Shown here: positions 13,200 through 64,000 of the stretch, piece after piece | Layout: every line of letters starts with the position of its first letter | Numbering within the stretch: the stretch's first letter is position 1 | Notes under the pieces: generated by a model | Database searches by the model: none | Seen by the model: only the letters and a program-made list of their open reading frames with translations | What the model was told of the DNA's origin: nothing | Translations under genes and position numbers: made by a program | Source: Lama guanicoe | Lineage: Eukaryota | Assembly (NCBI GenBank): GCA_013239625.1 | Contig: MU053196.1 | Location: 1-64,000, forward strand | Length of the DNA: 64,000 nt | Direction of reading: 5' to 3'

Positions 13200-13985
13200 G
13201 AAATGGGTAAGTTAGATTTCATCAAAATGTTAAACTTTTGTGTGTCAAAGGACACTATCAAGAAAATGAAGAATGGGGGAAATATGTGCAAATCACATAT
13301 CTGAGAAGAGTCTACTACCCAGAACATGTAAAGAACTCTTACAACTCAGTAACAAAGGCTATCAGCCCAACTTCAAAATGCGCGAAGTATTTGAACAGAC
13401 ATTTCTTCAAAGGAGAAATACAAACGGCCCATGAGTGCCTGGAAAAGATGGTCAGTATCATTCGTCACCAGGGAAATGCAAATCAAACTGCGACGAACTT
13501 CCTTCCCACCAGGATGGCAGTAAGAGTAAGTGTCAGTGAGGATGTGGAGAAATGGGAACCCCTTGCTGGTGAGAATATAATAAAATGGTGCAGCTGCTCT
13601 GGAAAGTGCAGGTCCTCAAAAATTTAAACACAGAATTACCATAAGACACAGCAATTCCTTCCTGGCTTGTACACCCAGGAGAGGTGAAAACTTACACTCA
13701 TAAAAAAACCTGTACACAAAGGTTTGCAGCTGCATCAGTCACAATACCAAAAAAATGGGGCAACAACTCAAATACCCTTCAGCTGAAGCGTGGATAAATA
13801 AAAAGTGGTATACTCTTATTCATTACTGAATGAGTATTATTCAGCCACAAAAAGGAATGAAATTCTGACGCGTGCTACATACCACATGGATGAACCCTGA
13901 AAACATTACGCGAAGTGAATGGAGCCGGTCACACACGAAAACAAAGCCTACGATTCTGTTTATGGAAAATGTGCAGAATGTAAAA
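13200..13985 (+). mobile_element. Old L1M ORF2 3' region
   Basis: ORF 13238..13627 shows decayed L1 ORF2 motifs (AKYLNRHFFKGEIQ, EDVEKWEP). Confidence 0.8.
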
Positions 13986-16315
13986 ACCAGTTTGCACAAC
14001 CAAACCCAAAGGAGCCCTGGATAGAGACATTTTAGACACTGAGGTCAGGGTTATGTTTGGAAGGTGGTTTTGGTCTGAGAGTTTTGCAGACCCCTCCCTT
14101 CACTGCAGCCGGGTGGCCCGCAGGCTGTGGGTATGCCCAGGGAAGATGCCCTCAGTCCCCTTCCTTCCAGAAAAAGAGCAGCTGGCCTTCACCATCCCTC
14201 AGTGCTGGGAGGTTCCTATCCCTTGGCTCTCAGGGAGCACCTAGAACACTGTCAACACTCTGACCAGAGAACTGAGGTGTCTCTTGGGCATCGCTGCTGC
14301 ACGTGAAGGAAATACACTCACCCCCAAAACATAACTAGGGGCTGGATTCAATAGCAAACCTTTCTCTTAAGCAAATTCCTCCTTTGCCTGAAGTCTTTAG
14401 AGGCAGATCCTCCCCAGGGAGCACTCAGTAAGGAACTCCACACCATGCGGGCAGCCCGGGACAAGGTGCTCCAGCCCACAGGGGCCCCGACAGCCAGGGA
14501 CGCTAGGCAGCGTCTCCATGACCCTCCCCCAGAGGGTCATGAGAGCTGGGGTGGGGGTGGGGGACGAGCACAGCACCTCATCACCACCCGGGCTCTGCAC
14601 CAGGCCTCGTCTTAGGGGAACTTGGGGTAAGTGGGGGGAACCTGCCCTTGGTAGAAGCCCAGCCTGATGGCCTCGCCAGTGGACCAGGAAGGAGCGGTAA
14701 AAGGATCAGCGGTTTGAGGCCGCTTCTTGGGGCCCACGGTGGGCCGGCCGTGGGGGGTCTGGGGATGGAACACAGCACGTGGAAGGCTCAGGAAGCCGGG
14801 AGGGGGGTGGGAGGAGACAAAGCAGGGGCCGATGGAGGACACGGTGAGGACCTTCCACACTTTTAGTGTGAGAGGTTCACCCACGTGACCTTTAGAGCCT
14901 GGTCCAACTCCAACCACTGATCCTACCGGGGCCCTAAGGCAAGAGGCCTGGGAACTGCTGTCTCCAGGCCCTCGGTGACACCATCTGTCCTCGTCCACAT
15001 TTCAGAAACAGCCCCACGGCATCCCCGTTGGAATGGTGCCCAGCCAGCTTGACCTCCACCGCTTACTTGCTGTCTCTCCACACTGGGGCCTCCCACCCTC
15101 CTTTGTGGCCCCATTCTGGCCTCCAGCCAGGGCCCTGCAGTGGGAAGAGGGTATCTAGTCCAGCTCTGCAGTCCACGCATGTCTGGCACCCACTTCTGGC
15201 GAGTGAACATCCTCCTGTCTGAGACTCCCAGGCTCCACCCGGGGTGATGAGTCTGGCTTTGGCCCTACTCTGATCTCTGTCGAGGAACGCTGGCCGTGCC
15301 TGGCTCGCTGGCTGTGCCCGGACATCCACTCACTCCTCTCCTGATGGCACCCCGATCATCCCTCTGCTGAGTGTCCCCTCCTTCAGCCACCCTGGCAACT
15401 GGAATGCAGCCTGCTCCCCACTGCCCTGCTGTCACCGCCTCTGGTGCGGCTCACCAGCCAGACTCCGAACCGGTTCTGAACGTAGAGCCAACATACATAC
15501 GGGAGGTGGAAGACAGGTGAGTAAAGAAAATGCAAAGGTTTTGACCTGAGAAATGGGAAGGAAGGACTTGCCCTCAACCAAGATGGGCAAGGCTGTGACA
15601 GCACACCTGTGGCCGCTGGAGGAGGCTTGGGTGCACCCGGTTACAGATACCCACTGGCCACCCGGGCGTGGAGACCGTGGGGCCACTGGCCCCCCTGCAT
15701 TGTGGGGAGAGGCCTGGGCTGGGCATTGTTACTTTGAATGCTGTTGGCACGTGGATGGCATTGACGCCTTCGCACTGCATGAGGTCACCAAGGAGCTGAC
15801 GTAGACGGGAAAAAAAGTCCAAGACACTCGTACGTTAAGAGACTGGGGAGAAGAGGAAGAATCAGCAGATGATCAGTAAGCGTGGCCATGGAGTCCCTCC
15901 TCCATGGGAGTTTCTGTCCCGTGTGTCCTGACCCCATGTGCAGACACTCACCACCAGCACAGGGCTTCTCAAGGAGTTCCTCCCGCAGACCCGGCCTTGC
16001 TCCATGTCTCCCCCACTTCCTCCAGGGACGTGCGGGCCTGCTGGTGCGCAGCCGCACGAAGCTTCTTCAGCTGGTAAACGGTGATTCTTTGCGGACCATT
16101 TCTCAAATTCCTCTTAAGGAAAAATCAGAAAATTTTGTGTTTAGTTGATTTTTATACCAAAGTGTAATCACCTCATTGAAATATAAAATATATAAAAGCC
16201 TACAAAAATTGTAAGTCCACCCATTTTAAAAATGTGTAACTGACACAACATGGTAAGCCGACTACACGTCAATAAAAAAGAACAACAACAACAAAAAAGA
16301 ATGTATAAAGGGAAC

Positions 16316-16725
16316 TGTATTAGTTTTTTAGGACTGCCCGTAACAAGGTACCATAATTTAGTGGCTTGAAGCCACAGAACGCAGCCTCTCACAGCTCTGG
16401 ACGCTGGAAGTCCAGAACCAAGTGTCAGCAGGACCCCACTCCCTCCTAAGGCTCGAGGAGGCTTCCTTGCCTCTTCCTGGCCCCTGCTGGCTGTTTCTGA
16501 CGCGCACTCACTGTCTCCACCCATCTCCACATGGCCGTCTCTCCTCCATGTCTGTGTCCAAATTTCCCTTTTCTTATAAGGACCCCATCACTGCATTAGG
16601 GCCACACTGACCCAGGATGACCTCATCTTAACTTGACTACAATGGCAAAGATCCTGTATCCAAGCAGAGTCACACTCACAGGTCCTGGGCGGACACGATT
16701 CTGGAGGGGACCCTCTCCACCGCAG
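16316..16725 (-). mobile_element. MLT1-type (ERVL-MaLR) solo LTR
   Basis: TGTATTAGTT...GCCCGTAACAAGGTACCA start, CTTATAAGGAC and GATGACCTCATCTTAACT motifs. Confidence 0.75.
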
Positions 16726-19700
16726 TGCAGTAATTAAGAGAGGCCAACACCAACACCTCACTAAGACAGGACAGTGGAGATTCGCATGGAAATGAACACA
16801 CACCCCCTCCTGCAAGACAAAGCAGGTCTGAAGTAAACCCTTTGGGCAAAAAAGGACTCACCCTAGCCCCAAGCTCACGTCACCCTGCCGTCTCCCCTGT
16901 GTTCAGAAACCGCAGCGCTGGCCCCGAGGCCCCGAGCTTCCTGGGTGGGCCCCGCACTCGCCCCGAGGCTCTCGTGCCCAGACGGATGGTCTGGCTGTGG
17001 CAGAGACGCACTTTTACTGCCTGGTCCTTCCCTTCCTTTACCTCCGCTTCCCAGAGAATCCCAAGGCATCGCTTCCAGGACTTCCGCTTGGTCTCAGTCC
17101 ATCTGGGTCAAATCGGCTGGGATTTAAATTACAAGGTCAGAAGAGAGCCTGATTTTCCGGAGCGAAGCTGGCTTCCTGAAGGTACAGCTCCAAGAGGGTG
17201 CAAACCGGCCCCCCGTGTGGACGGATGCCCGTGTGGAAGAGGGCAGAGGTGGTGGGGGCAAGGCTGCGATGCCTGTTCCTCAGCCTGAGTGCCTCTCCCT
17301 GCTTCATGGAACGGTGCCCAGGTGGCCCCACTGGATGGAGCACACAGTGTGCAGGTGGACAGGGTGTGGCACTCCTGGTCCTTCTCTACCGCGTATTTGC
17401 AGGTCACCATTCAACCAGAGGGCTGGAGGGCCGCATCTTCCTCAGCTGCCAAGAGGGGGAGATGGTTATTTTAAAACGTGCAGTTTAAACAAGGCGTCTC
17501 AGAAATTTCCTCTGTGCACAGCGCCGATCTGAACTGAGTCATCTCAGCAGTATATAAACTAAATTGCTAACACCGCTTTCTTTCCCCTCTCTCCCCAGCA
17601 TCTTGCGTTTCCTGAGAGACCTGCTGCTGCTGCACCAGCGATCTCCTGGGTCAGCCTGTCAGGTGCAGTTTACGCCAGAGCAGCCGATTTCTGCTAAAAG
17701 TGGGTCCCTGCCTACCCTGCCCATCCTTTCTTCCCCAGAAGACAAACTACCAAAGCAAGCCCAGCCGCTTGGAGAAGTGCAGTGCTCGGCATGGAGCACC
17801 GCACGCTGTGCCAGGGACTCCTGCACAGGGCGGATGATCAAAGTCACAGAGCGTTCCCATCTTTTTCCTGTAGCACTAAAGTTCTTTCAGGGAGCAGATC
17901 AATCTGGCCACACAGGATAAAATTAGCAACCCATGAACTTCACCCCCGATTTTTATCCTGAAGAGTCAGGAAATACTATTCTTTACGTATAAAGTGAAGT
18001 GATTTCCACCTAACTTACCGGCTATACTATGTAAATGGACTATGAGGTCCCCAGTTTTGACTGGCTTTTAAATTCAGGCTCTACATTTTCTGGTGATGAC
18101 TCCTGGGAAAAGCTCCGTATTTCGTTTCCTCATCCGTGAAGAGAGGAACGTTTCCCATTTAACAGGATTTTCTGAAGATGAACAACTACCATATGGAAGC
18201 ACCTCCAGTCTGCATTCAAAAAAGGTTTAAAGGGTCATAGATTTGACAGCACTGTAGCATCTACAGTAAGAAAGCTGAATACTTTCAAGGTAGTAAGTTA
18301 TAAAGTAAAACATTTATGCTAAACACCAGAAACTGATATACCAGAAACCGATACATTGTAACTGACTACACTTCAATTAAAATAATAATAAAGAAAAACA
18401 CAACAATCCCCCGAATGTCTACTCATTTGTTAATATTAAAGGAAACTGTCAGGAAACACTGGACGAGACCCAAGACGAAACCTGCACCCACAGCAGCCGT
18501 GGAATCACCTGGTTTCAAAGGAAAAGGGCCAAGCGGACATTGCCTGGCTGTGAAACAGACGTTAACCTCAGTATTCGCAACCATTTCTTCTAAACTCCTG
18601 ACAGTTTCAGTCACATTCCTGCTTTCTGCAGTAAGCGCTGAGCGCACTGCCCTCCCCGCCGGGGCTCCGACCCCTCCTCCTGCCCCAGCAGCTGCCGAAC
18701 GCGGGCCGGGCCGGGTTCTGGGCCGAGACTCGTCACCTGACCCGGCCCAACAGCTCAGCCTCCCGGCGTCTCAGCAGCAAGTGTGTCCGCTCCGCTCCAA
18801 TCATCTCGCAAGGGGATGTTAGGGAGCGTGTCCAGCCTCTTCTTCCTGTTTCCTTTCAGGTGAAGAGGGGAAAGGTGGGGCAAAACTCGTCAGTCACTGC
18901 TGCCAGCCTCAGCACAAGCTTTTTGTCCATTTTCCAGTATATTTTGTTGACAATTAGATACCAAGATAAGACTTAATTGAACATTCATACATAAATATTT
19001 AAGAGAAAAGAAATTAATTTGGAAAACTTTACCAACAATTCATCAAAACAAAGGTTTGCTTTTGACAGTGGATGCACAGTATTACTTAGTTTGCCATCAT
19101 TTCCTCTCTGGGAATACAGGGAAAATGCAAACTACGGCACAGAAGTCATTAAAAAACCCAGCAGATTTTTTAAAACACTTAAGAGACGTGAGTTAGAAAA
19201 AGCGCAACCAAACCAATTGAAAAAGCCATTTTTGCAGCAATAAGATAAATCTGAATATGGACCACATATTAGATGATATTAAGTAATTACTGTTTATTTG
19301 AGTGTAACAATGTCACTGTGGTTATTATGGTTTTTATTTAAAGGCCTTTTTTGTGAGAGCTGTAAATGGAAGTGTTGTAGGTGAAATGATTCACGTGGGA
19401 TACACTTTAAAATATCCCAGCTTAAAAAAAATGTACGGGGGCTGTTGACACATTCAGTAAACAGAGTTAACAGACCTTCATGTGTATGTAAGTGGCCCGC
19501 GGCGTGAGTCACTACACGGATAAGAACTGTGAAAGGTACTCAGGCCACGCACTGCTAAGGACGCCTGTGACGCGGAGCCAGAACCTGGCACGGGCACGCG
19601 GGTGGGAGGGTGGTGGGCAGGCAGGTACCCCAGGTGCCCCTATAACCCAGAGAGGCGAAGGGAGGGCAGCGGAGGCAGGGTGAGCCTGCCCCAGGGCTGA

Positions 19701-20081
19701 CGGACTGTGAAAACAGAAGCCAGCCTCAGAACCGCTCTTCCTGAGCCAGACGCAGGCCGGACGCGCTCTCGTCCCTCGTTTCCGGGGCACAGCAGGGGAC
19801 CCCCAGGAACTCTTGATGGAATGAAACCCTCGCTATTCAAATCGCTCGCATCCAAGGTACCCCAATCCATAAAAACAAAACATTCTTCCTGCTGAACCCC
19901 CTTTTGGGCACTTGAGAACAGTAATCTAGACATTTTTCAAGCAGGATTAGGCAGGCGCACAGCGAGTCAAACCGCCCAGGCACAAACACAAAACGGCTGC
20001 ACCTGTGCCTGACGCCTCACGAGCGCTTACATGTGGTGCTTCGTGTGATACTCCAGCCACATGGGAAAGGCGTTCTATTTC

Positions 20082-20100
20082 TTTATTTTTTTTTTTTATT
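20082..20100 (-). terminator. Likely CUL2 polyadenylation signals (two AATAAA)
   Basis: TTTATT at 20082-20087 and 20095-20100, about 420 nt after the stop, ending an AU-rich UTR block. Confidence 0.7.
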
Positions 20101-20516
20101 TGACAAGCAGCAATATCATGTTTGTCATTTTAATGTAGATACAATTATTAGGTTATCTGTCATATTACAATATTTAAGTTTTTATCGTATGTCCTTTAAG
20201 ATACATTAAAAAAAAAACACATCAACTGCAAACGTGAAGGCGAGAAAAAGCATGGTACCCAACCAAATTTCCACATTTCAGCAATATTTCACTCGTTCTT
20301 TTTTAATAAAGTTTTAAGAAATGTCATAATGACATGAACTTGAAATATCTCTAGGCATTTTCTCTGACGCTCGGGACGTGGCACTGGTGATGTTGTAAAC
20401 AGCAGAAAAACAGGGGCTGCCAAATGACCAAATTATGGAGGCACAGGCCTGCTCTCTCCCCCGGGGACACCCGGAGGGCGACGCAACTACCGCACACGGC
20501 GCCGGCGGTGCGGGCT

Positions 20517-64000
<43,484 letters not shown>

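Noticed and set aside
17570..18870. Plus-strand acceptor-like sites (about 17599 and 18859) suggesting an antisense transcript
   Set aside because: Isolated motifs with no supportable exon chain; needs RNA data.
35..20000. Many 60-218 aa ORFs in the left 20 kb (e.g. 8919..9575, 2583..3050)
   Set aside because: No recognisable domains or consistent exon structure; expected by chance in GC-rich DNA or derived from L1/L2; 8098..8646 spans the N gap.

Overview
Mammalian genomic DNA, probably camelid (inferred from several Vic-1-like tRNA-derived SINEs), with one 87-nt assembly gap. The right 44 kb holds most of CUL2 (cullin-2) on the minus strand, from the 3' end of exon 4 at the window edge to exon 21 and the 3' UTR. 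All 18 exon segments were read directly and join into one open frame (about residues 97-745; exon and residue numbering follow human CUL2 recalled from memory). The left ~20 kb is intergenic repeat-rich sequence. The strongest oddity is at 39108-39442: exon 11 is tandemly duplicated, and the extra copy is fused precisely to the last 23 nt of exon 10 (intron 10 removed) while keeping intron 11. This is the footprint expected if a partially spliced CUL2 RNA templated DNA synthesis at its own locus, unless it is an assembly chimera. Also notable: a 32-bp minisatellite built from the exon-4 splice donor, an in-frame stop-free GC-AG intron, and a tailless tRNA-Lys 5'-half retrocopy with a perfect 17-bp target-site duplication (TSD).
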